This document shows, piece by piece, positions 49,228 through 57,396 of a DNA stretch of 64,000 nucleotides. The translations under genes and the position numbers were made by a program. The DNA is from Clostridia bacterium (GTDB lineage Bacteria > Bacillota > Clostridia > Christensenellales > Aristaeellaceae), in contig JAFVXE010000018.1 in NCBI GenBank assembly GCA_017501255.1, positions 49,950 through 113,949 of the forward strand, given 5' to 3'. The notes beneath the pieces were generated by a model. That model did no database searches. It was not told the origin of the DNA and saw only the letters and a program-made list of their open reading frames with translations. Each line of letters begins with the position of its first letter. Position 1 is the first letter of the stretch.

Positions 49228-50683
49228 AAGGCTTGCGTCAATGCCGGAGGTACAGCAGGCATTCGCTCAGGATAAAGGCTGGGAACCTTTGCCTGCTGCG
49301 CCGGTTGCTCCGGCCTTCGACCCAGATTGGCTTCCTCCTGTGCTATCAGAATTCTCTTGCGCTGTGGCGGCAAATCTGTCTGTTCCGCTGGACCTTCCTT
49401 CTATCGTTGGTTTGGGTGCGGCTTCAGCCTGCGCATGTAGTCGAGCCAAGGTGGTCATTTGTACGGATTGGGAAGAACCTTGTCAGTTGTTCCTGATGGT
49501 TGTCATGGGGTCTGGCGAAGGAAAAAGCCCAACGTTTACCCGAATGACAAAAATGCTTTTTGAGAAGCAGGCGGAGGAAAATCGTCGTAGGGCTGTACAG
49601 ATTGCAAAGGATGCAGCAGCAATTGATACACTAACTGCAAAGAAAGCGCAGGCCGTCAAAAAAGGCCGGACAGAGGAAGCGCAGGCGCTTGCGCAAGAGA
49701 TTGCAGGAACTCCAATCATGCATCCTATGCGGCGGTTTGTTGGTGGCGATGTTACCCCAGAAGCATTGCCAGAGGTAATGGAAGAGAATGGTGGGGCCAC
49801 ATCTATTCTTGACGATGAAGGTGAATTGCTGGAGCTTTTGTCGGGTAGATACCAAGAAAGACCGAATCTGGACGCTTTGCTGAAAGGGTACACAGGATCT
49901 GTGCTGTCAATCACCCGGCGTGGGCGTTCCGTGGTGGTTAACCATCCTTCGCTATCGGTGATGCTTCTGGCACAGCCATTCATCCTGCATACATTGCTTA
50001 ATGATGAGCGCATGACAGGCAAAGGACTGTTAGCTCGTTTTCTGATCTCAGAGCCAGAACCTTTAAGGGAATATCCAAATGAAGAACCTGCTGTTCCTGA
50101 GGCATTGGTGCAGAAGTATAACGCCATGCTGACACGGTTGATGAACATGGAACATAGAACACTGCATCTTTCTACAGAAGCAAGAGAGGTATTCTTTGCG
50201 TTCCGGGATGAATGGCGGCGTCGGCAATGGGAGGATTGGGACCTCCTGAAAACGAGGGATTTCATCGGCAAACTGGCAGCCAATACAGCTCGAATTGCCG
50301 GGCTATTGCATCTAATGGGCGAAAATGGCGATGAGATCAGTGCTGGAACTATGCGCAAAGCTGTTGAGATTGTACGCTACTTTGTTGGACACACCCTCCG
50401 CCTATTGGATGAGGGATGCAAGATGTCGAAGCCTGCCAAAGAAGCTCTTCAGCTGCTTTTGAAGAATGCAGAGCCAGTACAAAAGGAACGGGATCTGAAG
50501 CGTAAACTTCAGCAGCGAAAGTTGTTCCGAACAAGCGAGGCTGTGGATGCGGCACTTTCAGAATTGGAGAAACTGGGCTACATCAGAAAAGAAAAAGAAC
50601 CGGGAACAGGTCATACTGCCACTATTGTGAAGGTTCATCCGGATCTACTTCGACAGAAGGAAGGAAAGGTGCGCTACATATGA
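49190..50683 (+). CDS. DUF3987-type replication ATPase/helicase-like protein
   Basis: 497 aa with a P-loop-like GSGEGKS. Size and position after the primase zinc finger match satellite/prophage pri-rep modules (family name from memory). Confidence 0.7.
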   Translation: MMMDYNTEIQEYERLASMPEVQQAFAQDKGWEPLPAAPVAPAFDPDWLPPVLSEFSCAVAANLSVPLDLPSIVGLGAASACACSRAKVVICTDWEEPCQLFLMVVMGSGEGKSPTFTRMTKMLFEKQAEENRRRAVQIAKDAAAIDTLTAKKAQAVKKGRTEEAQALAQEIAGTPIMHPMRRFVGGDVTPEALPEVMEENGGATSILDDEGELLELLSGRYQERPNLDALLKGYTGSVLSITRRGRSVVVNHPSLSVMLLAQPFILHTLLNDERMTGKGLLARFLISEPEPLREYPNEEPAVPEALVQKYNAMLTRLMNMEHRTLHLSTEAREVFFAFRDEWRRRQWEDWDLLKTRDFIGKLAANTARIAGLLHLMGENGDEISAGTMRKAVEIVRYFVGHTLRLLDEGCKMSKPAKEALQLLLKNAEPVQKERDLKRKLQQRKLFRTSEAVDAALSELEKLGYIRKEKEPGTGHTATIVKVHPDLLRQKEGKVRYI

Positions 50684-51222
50684 CCGTATGGCAGGCCATG
50701 GCAAGAATAGAAGCGCTTGGTTATTCTCTTCGATTAGATGAATCTGGGCGGGTTGCCGCACGGATAGCTGGTAGTGAGCCAGAAGAAGCTGAGGTGCTAT
50801 TCCAAATTGCCAGTACTGATCGGATCGCTGCAGCTGATTATGTGAGAATGAGGCAAGAAGGGACTTCTGTGGTTGATGCTGGGCAGAATATGTCCCTTCT
50901 GGATGCGCTGGCGATTGGTCAGGCAATAAGGAAGCATGAGGCGGAAATGATGGGAACCGTGCGGCTGATGACTGCTGATATGTCTGTTTGTCTTTGGTGG
51001 TATCCCATCAATGGGGAAACAGCCTCATCTTTGCTGGAGCGCCACCGAGAAGCTCTTGTTACTGCCATCCAAAGAAGGTTGGAAAAGATGGATAACAGCG
51101 AATGGTGGAATCTGTCGCCCACGGAATATGATGCGTTTTGCCAGAAATACGGTTTTTTGTGTTGGTTGATAGGAAAGCAGGAGGGAAGACATGGCATTGA
51201 CACACTGGAAGAAGCTCGATAA
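50680..51222 (+). CDS. hypothetical protein
   Basis: 180 aa. ATGA overlap with the upstream gene. Coding-like composition. Confidence 0.6.
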   Translation: MTVWQAMARIEALGYSLRLDESGRVAARIAGSEPEEAEVLFQIASTDRIAAADYVRMRQEGTSVVDAGQNMSLLDALAIGQAIRKHEAEMMGTVRLMTADMSVCLWWYPINGETASSLLERHREALVTAIQRRLEKMDNSEWWNLSPTEYDAFCQKYGFLCWLIGKQEGRHGIDTLEEAR

Positions 51223-51697
51223 TCCGGACTACATTGGCGCTTATGCTTTCCAGCCCGGGGAAAAGAAAACTGTTACCATCGATCGGATCAGACGCGAGAT
51301 GGTTAATGGTCCAGATGGCAAACGAGAGGAATGCACGGTCGTGCATTTTCGTGAAAAGGAAAAGCCTTTGATCTTGAATGCCACCAATGGAAAGATGATC
51401 TCCAGACTGGCAGGCAGTCCCTATGTTGAGGACTGGGTTGGCTTGCGGATTGTGCTGGGTGTTGAGAAAGTAAAGGCCTTTGGAGACGTAGTAGATGCAG
51501 TGCGGGTGAAAAACGAAAGGCCGGCGGAGGAAACGAATGCGCCTGCGCTTCCTCTTTGTTCAGATTGTGGCAATGTGATAAAGGCGTTCGGTGAATGGTC
51601 TGCTCCCCAGATCGCAGCTTCAACGAAGAAACGTTTTGGAGCACTTTTGTGTATGGACTGTGGCAATAAGAGAAAGGATGCGCAGCAGAATGAATGA
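51191..51697 (+). CDS. phage-type hypothetical protein with C-terminal zinc ribbon
   Basis: RBS GGAGGG. C-terminal CSDCG...CMDCG pair. Confidence 0.65.
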   Translation: MALTHWKKLDNPDYIGAYAFQPGEKKTVTIDRIRREMVNGPDGKREECTVVHFREKEKPLILNATNGKMISRLAGSPYVEDWVGLRIVLGVEKVKAFGDVVDAVRVKNERPAEETNAPALPLCSDCGNVIKAFGEWSAPQIAASTKKRFGALLCMDCGNKRKDAQQNE

Positions 51698-51881
51698 TGT
51701 TTACTGTAGCTTTCTTATGAAAAGCGAAGATGTGGGACCAACGATTGAGGCATTGCTGGCTAGCCAGCGTGAAGCAAGAATGACAATCCGGCAGCTCAGA
51801 GCAGACAATGCTCGGCTTATGCGAGAATTACAGGATGAACGCAAGAAGCACGATGGGCAAAGCGGGGAGGAGCAATTATGA
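51690..51881 (+). CDS. small coiled-coil hypothetical protein
   Basis: 63 aa. ATGAATGA overlap with the upstream stop. Its stop overlaps the next ATG. Confidence 0.4.
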   Translation: MNDVYCSFLMKSEDVGPTIEALLASQREARMTIRQLRADNARLMRELQDERKKHDGQSGEEQL

Positions 51882-52705
51882 TACTGACACCTGAGAACTA
51901 CTACAGCCTGCGGGCCAATCAAGAGTTTTTTAGCGTCAGTCAGGTGAAACAGTTTGATTCTTGCGAAGCATGCGCTATGGCAGAACTTGCTGGGGAATAT
52001 GTGCGGGAAAAGACAGTAGCGCTTCTTGTGGGCGGATATGTAGACGCCCATTTCAGCGGTGAACTGGAGGTGTTCAAGAGTGAGAATCCCGAGATCTTCA
52101 CCAAGAAGGGTGAACTGCGCAGCGAGTACCAGCAGGCCGAAAACATCATCGCCCGTATAGAGCGTGATGCCTTGGCTACGCGTATGCTCTCTGGAGAAAA
52201 ACAGCAGATCCTTACGGGCCAGATTGCTGGATTTCCATTCAAAGCGAAGCTTGACTGTTGGCTGGATGAAGCCTCCGCCCATGAGATTGCCAAGTCGTTT
52301 CCGGAGATGGGAGAACTGTTTTTCTCCGCTGGCGCCATTGTTGATCTGAAGATTGTGAAAGACTTCGTGCCGCTGTACCGTGATGGAGAGGGACGCTTGA
52401 ACTTCATCGAATACTGGAGCTATGACCTGCAGATGACTGTCTATCAGGAACTGAAGCGGCAGCAGATCGGTGAACAGGTACCGTGCTTCATTCTAGCGGC
52501 AACCAAGGAGCATGTGCCTGATTTGGGGTTGTTCCAAGTGCCTCAATCCCTGATGGATGCCAATCTTGTGCTGCTGAAAGACCGGCTGCCCCATTTGGCG
52601 GATGTGAAGGTCGGCAGAGAGCCGGCGGAGGCATGCGGTAGCTGCGATCATTGCAAGACCGTGAAGGAGTTGACAGGTGCGGTTTGGCTGGAGGAATACG
52701 TTTGA
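51878..52705 (+). CDS. PD-(D/E)XK nuclease (phage exonuclease / Cas4-like cysteine pattern)
   Basis: 275 aa. An IVDLK motif, N-terminal CxxC and C-terminal CGSCDHC suggest an Fe-S cluster. RBS GGAGGAG. Confidence 0.7.
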   Translation: MILTPENYYSLRANQEFFSVSQVKQFDSCEACAMAELAGEYVREKTVALLVGGYVDAHFSGELEVFKSENPEIFTKKGELRSEYQQAENIIARIERDALATRMLSGEKQQILTGQIAGFPFKAKLDCWLDEASAHEIAKSFPEMGELFFSAGAIVDLKIVKDFVPLYRDGEGRLNFIEYWSYDLQMTVYQELKRQQIGEQVPCFILAATKEHVPDLGLFQVPQSLMDANLVLLKDRLPHLADVKVGREPAEACGSCDHCKTVKELTGAVWLEEYV

Positions 52706-53172
52706 CCATCTACGTTGATACCAGAGAAAAGCCGCGCGCTATCCGCGGTACTCTGGCGGAATTTGACCGGCAGGGCGTGACGGTGATCCACCAGAAGCTG
52801 GAAGAAGGAGATTACAAAACAGCGCCTGACGCACTATTCACCATCGATCGCAAGCAAAGCCTGGGCGAACTGTGCAGCAATCTGTCATGGGAAAAAGGAC
52901 GGTTCCAGCGCGAGCTTGCCCGGGCGAAAGCCAAAGGAGAAAAGCTTTGCGTGTTGGTTGAGAACTGCGGCGGGATCCGCACACTGGCTGATGTGGCTGC
53001 GTGGCACAATCCTCGTCTGAAGGAATCGCCCAGGGCTCTCAATGGGCCGCAGCTGTACAAGCTGATGCTGGTATACGCCGCGCAGTATGGCGTGGAATGG
53101 CGTTTCTGCGATGCGAAGGACACAGGCCGGGAGATCGTCAGGCTTCTGGCAGAGCATATGGAGGATGAATGA
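52702..53172 (+). CDS. ERCC4-type nuclease
   Basis: VDTREK...GDY...DRK motifs. TTG 52702 overlaps the upstream stop, with RBS GGAGG. Confidence 0.7.
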   Translation: MTIYVDTREKPRAIRGTLAEFDRQGVTVIHQKLEEGDYKTAPDALFTIDRKQSLGELCSNLSWEKGRFQRELARAKAKGEKLCVLVENCGGIRTLADVAAWHNPRLKESPRALNGPQLYKLMLVYAAQYGVEWRFCDAKDTGREIVRLLAEHMEDE

Positions 53173-53486
53173 ACAGCAAGAAAAAGGGAAATGCAGGCGA
53201 ACGTGAACTGTGCGCCATATTGGCGGAGGCTGGTGTCGCGCACAGAAATGACCAGCGCTATGTTGGCGGTATCGATAATCCGGATATCAGTCTTGATGTA
53301 GCCGGAACCAAATATCATGTGGAGTGCAAACGAGCAGAGCGCTTCAACGCCTACGAGGCTATGGGACAGGCTGAGAGGGACGCCAATGGTCACGCTGTAC
53401 CGCTGGTTGTGCACCGACGCAATCGCAAGCCGTGGCTTGTGGTAATGAAGCTTTCTGACTGGCTGAAGCTGATTGGTCGCAAATAA
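53169..53486 (+). CDS. Hjc-like PD-(D/E)XK Holliday-junction resolvase
   Basis: 105 aa with GNAGERE...D...ECK. ATGA coupling to the upstream gene. Confidence 0.65.
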   Translation: MNSKKKGNAGERELCAILAEAGVAHRNDQRYVGGIDNPDISLDVAGTKYHVECKRAERFNAYEAMGQAERDANGHAVPLVVHRRNRKPWLVVMKLSDWLKLIGRK

Positions 53487-53548
53487 GAAAAAGCCCCGCA
53501 TCCGCAAGGGCTGTCTGTTGAATTCATTATAAGGCGGGTGCGGGGCAT

Positions 53549-54196
53549 ATGCAAGACTTGGGCTTGGTGATTTGTGTCGCAAAAAGGTATCTTCCCTACT
53601 GTGACAGAGCTAGTGACTTTGATGATCTGGTACAGGCTGGCCTGTTGGCTTTGATTCGTGCAAAGGCTTCATATCGGGCTGATAAAGGCGCTTGGTCAAC
53701 ATGGGCAGTATATTATATGCAGAATGAAATGCGGGCTGCAATTGGCTTGCGCGGCACAAAAAGAAGGCCTGAAAGAGATGCTGTTAGCCTTGATGCGCCT
53801 ATTTCAGAAGATGGTCTCACCTTGTTGGATACATTGGAGGCAGGATCGGTAGAACTGCAGGAAGGGATCGACCGTGATCAATTGCGCCAGCTTGTGAGAG
53901 AACGTGTGGCTGCACTAAAGAATGAGCAGCAACGGCAGGCTGTTGTTTTGATCGATCTGGGTGGCTTGAGTATCAATGCTGCAGCTGAACTGTCGGGAAC
54001 TACTGTAGCGAGGATGAGAACGGCCAGAGGGCATGCGTACAACAGGTTGCGTGCTGATCCTGTTCTGAGAGAACTGGCGGAGGCTTACGGATTGTGGCGG
54101 CGTAGTTATGAGCATTGTGGATTACGATCATTTCTCTGCAACTGGACAAGCAAAACGGAAGCGGAAGCTTTGGATCATATTGAACGAGGACAATGA
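53549..54196 (+). CDS. sigma-70 family sigma factor (late-regulator position)
   Basis: Region 2 (FDDLVQAGLLALIRAKASY) and region 4 HTH (SINAAAELSGTTVARMRTARGHAYNRL). Confidence 0.75.
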   Translation: MQDLGLVICVAKRYLPYCDRASDFDDLVQAGLLALIRAKASYRADKGAWSTWAVYYMQNEMRAAIGLRGTKRRPERDAVSLDAPISEDGLTLLDTLEAGSVELQEGIDRDQLRQLVRERVAALKNEQQRQAVVLIDLGGLSINAAAELSGTTVARMRTARGHAYNRLRADPVLRELAEAYGLWRRSYEHCGLRSFLCNWTSKTEAEALDHIERGQ

Positions 54197-54769
54197 TAGT
54201 CGACTGATTGGATACGGTGTCCCCCCCCTCCTGCGGTGACAAGGACGGGGAACCACCAACCGGCGAGGGGCACCATTTACACACGCGGGAGTTTTTTCGG
54301 GGGTTGGGGGATAGCTAACAAACGAAGTAAATTCAACGAAAGTGCCTTGATTGATGTTGAATCTGATACCAAAATGTACCTGGAATAATCCGATTGTTTA
54401 TGGTATTTAGATGGCGAGCGTGATGCTCTCAACAGTAAAAAATCAACCTGACAGAGAGTAGTAGCTATCTTTTCACGCGCATAACCACATTCCTTTGAAT
54501 AGGTGGAATACAAGCAAACCAACAATGAATTGATGCTTGGAGTGTTGAAAATGATAACAAAAAGCTCGCATTTGAGTGGAACGTTGCAAGAATGGCTTGC
54601 CTCTGGGAAGTGTCCTCCGCCTCACATTGCAAGAAGCGCCAAGTTTTCGAGAGAAGATGGGGCGCTTTTCTTGATGCTGAACAAATCACAGGTTTGCTCT
54701 ACCTAGATCATGTCCATGTTTGCATCTGGTGAAAAATCTGCTGTGGTACATGCTTTGTATGAGAGAAGC

Positions 54770-55130
54770 TGTGTGGGGAGGACGGGCCCACCCGCTGCCC
54801 AGAGTGGCACCGTCTGAACGGTGATCAAACGGTGGTTGTACTTTAGGAAATCCCACAAAAAGGAGGGGGTGACGGCCTGCCCGCTGCTTTGGTCGCTCTC
54901 CCGGTAAGCATATACCGGGGGAATGCACCAGTTGTTTCTATATTATCAAGAGAGACTTAGGCACCCACTGGAGCGGCCTCAGAATCGCCGGAAACAGCCT
55001 CCGCGGGGCAGATCCGAGCAGCAGGAAGGGTAGCCAATCTCCGGCTTCCCAGAGTGCCCTTACGCCGCGGTGGAGCCGTTGGGCAAGTGGGCGGGCCGAC
55101 GTGAAGACCTGTTCACGGTAGTTGAAGAAA
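54770..55130 (+). ncRNA. candidate large structured RNA (core of a 1 kb ORF-free region); class unknown
   Basis: No credible ORF between 54197 and 55213. GC-rich core with nested helices: 54785-800/55081-97, 54960-71/55049-58, 54987-92/55040-45. Hairpins at 54808-23, 54900-19 and 55100-17. Strand is tentative, based on G:U pairs. Confidence 0.35.
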
Positions 55131-55170
55131 AACCATGCTCATACAGTTCTCTGTTAATATCAGTCGCTGA

Positions 55171-55207
55171 TTGAAAATCCCGGAAGGCCAATCTGCCCTC
55201 CGGGATT
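55171..55207 (-). terminator. terminator of the minus-strand three-gene operon (hairpin usable on both strands)
   Basis: 11-bp stem AATCCCGGA(A)GG/CCTCCGGGATT, followed by TTTT on the minus strand. Confidence 0.7.
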
Positions 55208-55213
55208 CTTGCT

Positions 55214-55342
55214 TTATGGTTGCTTCTGGTAGGCCCGCTCTAGGATCAGCCACACACGGGTCAGTACCTTTTCGTCTTCCACCTTCTGCGCCAGCTTGGC
55301 GATCTCTTTTCTGGTATCTTCTTTGGTGGTCTTCTGTTCCAT
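55214..55342 (-). CDS. very small hypothetical protein
   Basis: 42 aa from ATG 55342 with RBS AGGAGG. Confidence 0.45.
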   Translation of the reverse strand: MEQKTTKEDTRKEIAKLAQKVEDEKVLTRVWLILERAYQKQP

Positions 55343-55416
55343 GAAAGATTCCTCCTGTTGTATTGTTGTGATGGTGGTTCTATGTCCTTTGTATAATGCT
55401 CCATACAAGGGACTCA

Positions 55417-55680
55417 TTATACAATGACCAGCCTGTGGACTATGGTGGTTTTTGTGAAGCGCTCAGCCAACTCGGGCAGTTCTTTGCGCAGCGCATTGGT
55501 ATCAAGACGACTGCTGGTGATTGCCTTGTTGGTAATCCTGTATGCTCCAACGGTGACTTCCTCACGATCGCCAATGGCGGTGCGAATGTCATTCTTGAGG
55601 GCATCCATTTCGGTATTCAATTCCTCCGCCATTCGTTGCAGCTCTTTTAGTTCGTGGACTTTCGCTTCTAGTTTCTTCAT
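55417..55680 (-). CDS. hypothetical coiled-coil protein common in Firmicutes mobile elements
   Basis: 87 aa from ATG 55680 with RBS AAAGGAG. Confidence 0.6.
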   Translation of the reverse strand: MKKLEAKVHELKELQRMAEELNTEMDALKNDIRTAIGDREEVTVGAYRITNKAITSSRLDTNALRKELPELAERFTKTTIVHRLVIV

Positions 55681-55694
55681 GCCGACTTCTCCTT

Positions 55695-56012
55695 TCAGAT
55701 GTTGCGACAGGCGTACTTGCACAGACCTACAGTCTTGCCTTCCATGACAGCCAGCCCGTCGGCATCGCAGGGAACCAAGAGAGCAGCATGGAGGATGTCG
55801 TATTTATGCTGTTGATGGATGTCTGTGATACTCTGAGCCAGATTAAGCAGATAGGTTCTGATAGCAGCTTTAGCATTTTCCAGATGGAAGGTGTAAACCT
55901 TCTTGCCTTTCGCCTCCGCCCAGGCCAGGCGCAGAGCGGTAGTCATGGTGTAGCCCTTGGATTTGCGCAGTTGCCATGCACGGTTCATGATCATCACCAT
56001 ACTGTACTTCAT
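55695..56012 (-). CDS. hypothetical protein
   Basis: 105 aa. RBS AAAGGAGG before ATG 56012. First gene of the minus-strand operon. Confidence 0.6.
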   Translation of the reverse strand: MKYSMVMIMNRAWQLRKSKGYTMTTALRLAWAEAKGKKVYTFHLENAKAAIRTYLLNLAQSITDIHQQHKYDILHAALLVPCDADGLAVMEGKTVGLCKYACRNI

Positions 56013-56200
56013 TGAGTAGGCCTCCTTTGTTAGGTTTCCCCGCAGCGGTGGTGGGCTTTAAGCATCTAGTCTCTGCTGGACGTCTCAGTCTCCCTTATCC
56101 GATACCACTCTTACCTTGCGTTCTTGGTTTCCCTTGCGGTACTTTCGTCCGCCTTGGCTGCGGGGTTCAGCTTGGGGGATCCCCTTGCTGTGATTGTATG
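56013..56200 (-). promoter_or_regulatory. GC-rich structured leader (or ssDNA element) upstream of the three-gene operon
   Basis: On the minus strand, CCCCGCAGC pairs with GCUGCGGGG and encloses ~115 nt holding further helices. A 23-nt imperfect palindrome around GGGGGATCCCC lies at 56168-56190. Confidence 0.35.
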
Positions 56201-56205
56201 ATAAC

Positions 56206-56303
56206 ATATAGCTAGCTATATTGCAATTGACACACCACACAAATTAGCTAGCTATATTTTGTGCAAATCGTATATTGCTAGTTATATATTTCTGGTGTAG
56301 AAT
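56206..56303. promoter_or_regulatory. three operator-like palindromes plus promoter of the RHH gene
   Basis: ATATAGCTAGCTATAT (56206-21, perfect), TAGCTAGCTATAT (56245-57), ATATTGCTAGTTATATAT (56272-89). Promoter TTGCTA (56275), 17-nt spacer, TAGAAT (56298). Confidence 0.55.
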
Positions 56304-56335
56304 TATTGTTGTGGTGGAAAAGGAGGTAATAACCA

Positions 56336-56551
56336 ATGGCCTACAACGAGGCGCAGAAGAAGGCAACCATGAAATATCAAAAAGAAAAACTTGAGCAAAT
56401 TGCAATTCGTGTCCCCAAGGGAGATCGAGCCGCCTTGAAGGAAGAAGCCGAGCAGCAAGGCCAAAGCATGGCACAATATATCATTCAGGCTGTCAACGAT
56501 CGTGCTGGAAGGCAAGTACTTACTCCGGCTGAAACCAAAGCAGAGGATTAA
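56336..56551 (+). CDS. ribbon-helix-helix (Arc/MetJ-like) DNA-binding protein
   Basis: 71 aa. KLEQIAIRVPKGDRAALKEEAEQQGQSMAQYIIQAV fits a beta-alpha-alpha RHH. RBS AGGAGG. Confidence 0.65.
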   Translation: MAYNEAQKKATMKYQKEKLEQIAIRVPKGDRAALKEEAEQQGQSMAQYIIQAVNDRAGRQVLTPAETKAED

Positions 56552-56704
56552 AGATAAAACAGGCTCTAAGCGACCGTAGAGGCTGCTGCAAAAGAGACTG
56601 GGGAAAGATCAACCTGTACACGCAAAAGGCTTTACTGGCCCGTATGGGGCTTCCTGAGTGGCCTCCTGTGGAAGAAAACGACTAAATTACGAAAGGATCA
56701 CGAG

Positions 56705-56733
56705 TTGACAATATATCATCCGTGATATATAAT
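56705..56733 (+). promoter_or_regulatory. consensus promoter with embedded palindrome for higBA-like operon
   Basis: TTGACA, 17-nt spacer, TATAAT. The palindrome ATATATCA-TCCG-TGATATAT (56711-56730) spans the spacer and runs into the -10. The ATG is only 5 nt after the -10. Confidence 0.6.
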
Positions 56734-56737
56734 CGAG

Positions 56738-57091
56738 ATGGAGAAATGGCGCATACTATTTTATGAGACGCCTGCGGGCAATTCGCCAGTAAAGGATTTC
56801 ATTCGTGGGTTGAGTGCGACCAAGCGTGCAGCAACCATCGAAGAAATTGATTTGCTGGAGGAGTTCGGTATTGAGCTGGGCATGCCTCATGCACGTCCTT
56901 TGTCAGATGGTATATGGGAGCTTCGTGGCAGGGCGGAGGATGGCTTGATTCGTATTCTGTATTTCACACCTAGCAAGGAGCGCCGTGCATTTGTGCTTCT
57001 GCATGGTGTTGAAAAGGATCAGCGCACAATCAGTGACACAGACCGAAAGACAGCCCTCAAGCGCAAGAAGGATTATGAAAGAAGGAGCTGA
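56738..57091 (+). CDS. RelE/HigB (phage Gp49-like) toxin
   Basis: 117 aa with the MEKWRILFYETPAGNSPVKDF...ILYF...VLLHG pattern typical of Gp49/HigB-type toxins. Confidence 0.8.
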   Translation: MEKWRILFYETPAGNSPVKDFIRGLSATKRAATIEEIDLLEEFGIELGMPHARPLSDGIWELRGRAEDGLIRILYFTPSKERRAFVLLHGVEKDQRTISDTDRKTALKRKKDYERRS

Positions 57092-57095
57092 TAGC

Positions 57096-57389
57096 ATGAC
57101 CGACTGGAAAGAGTTTCGGGAAGAACTACTCCAGGATCCCGAGGTGAAGGAGGCATATGAGGCTCGCGCCGTAGAACGTGAGCTCGCCCGTGCAGTGCTT
57201 CAGCAGCGGGTTGCCCAGAAAGTAACCCAAAAGGAGATGGCTGAAAAGATGGAGGTCCCTCAGGGGAACGTATCCCGTCTGGAGAGCGGAACCCGTGTTC
57301 CGACTATTGGAACATTGCAAAAGGCAGCTCAGGCGCTCAACGTGCCACTTGAGATCCGTTTTGGCAATCAGGTGGTTCGTGTAAATTGA
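57096..57389 (+). CDS. XRE-family HTH antitoxin (HigA-like)
   Basis: 97 aa from ATG 57096 with RBS AAGGAG. HTH VTQKEMAEKMEVPQGNVSRLESG. Confidence 0.8.
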   Translation: MTDWKEFREELLQDPEVKEAYEARAVERELARAVLQQRVAQKVTQKEMAEKMEVPQGNVSRLESGTRVPTIGTLQKAAQALNVPLEIRFGNQVVRVN

Positions 57390-57396
57390 ATACTTT

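Noticed and set aside
56080-56125. Second T-box in the 56.0-56.2 kb leader, suggested by AAGAGUGGUAUCG being identical to the cstA T-box core.
   Set aside because: No CUCU partner for an antiterminator, no K-turn, AG bulge or distal loop, and no competing terminator. A 13-mer match is expected by chance at this window size.
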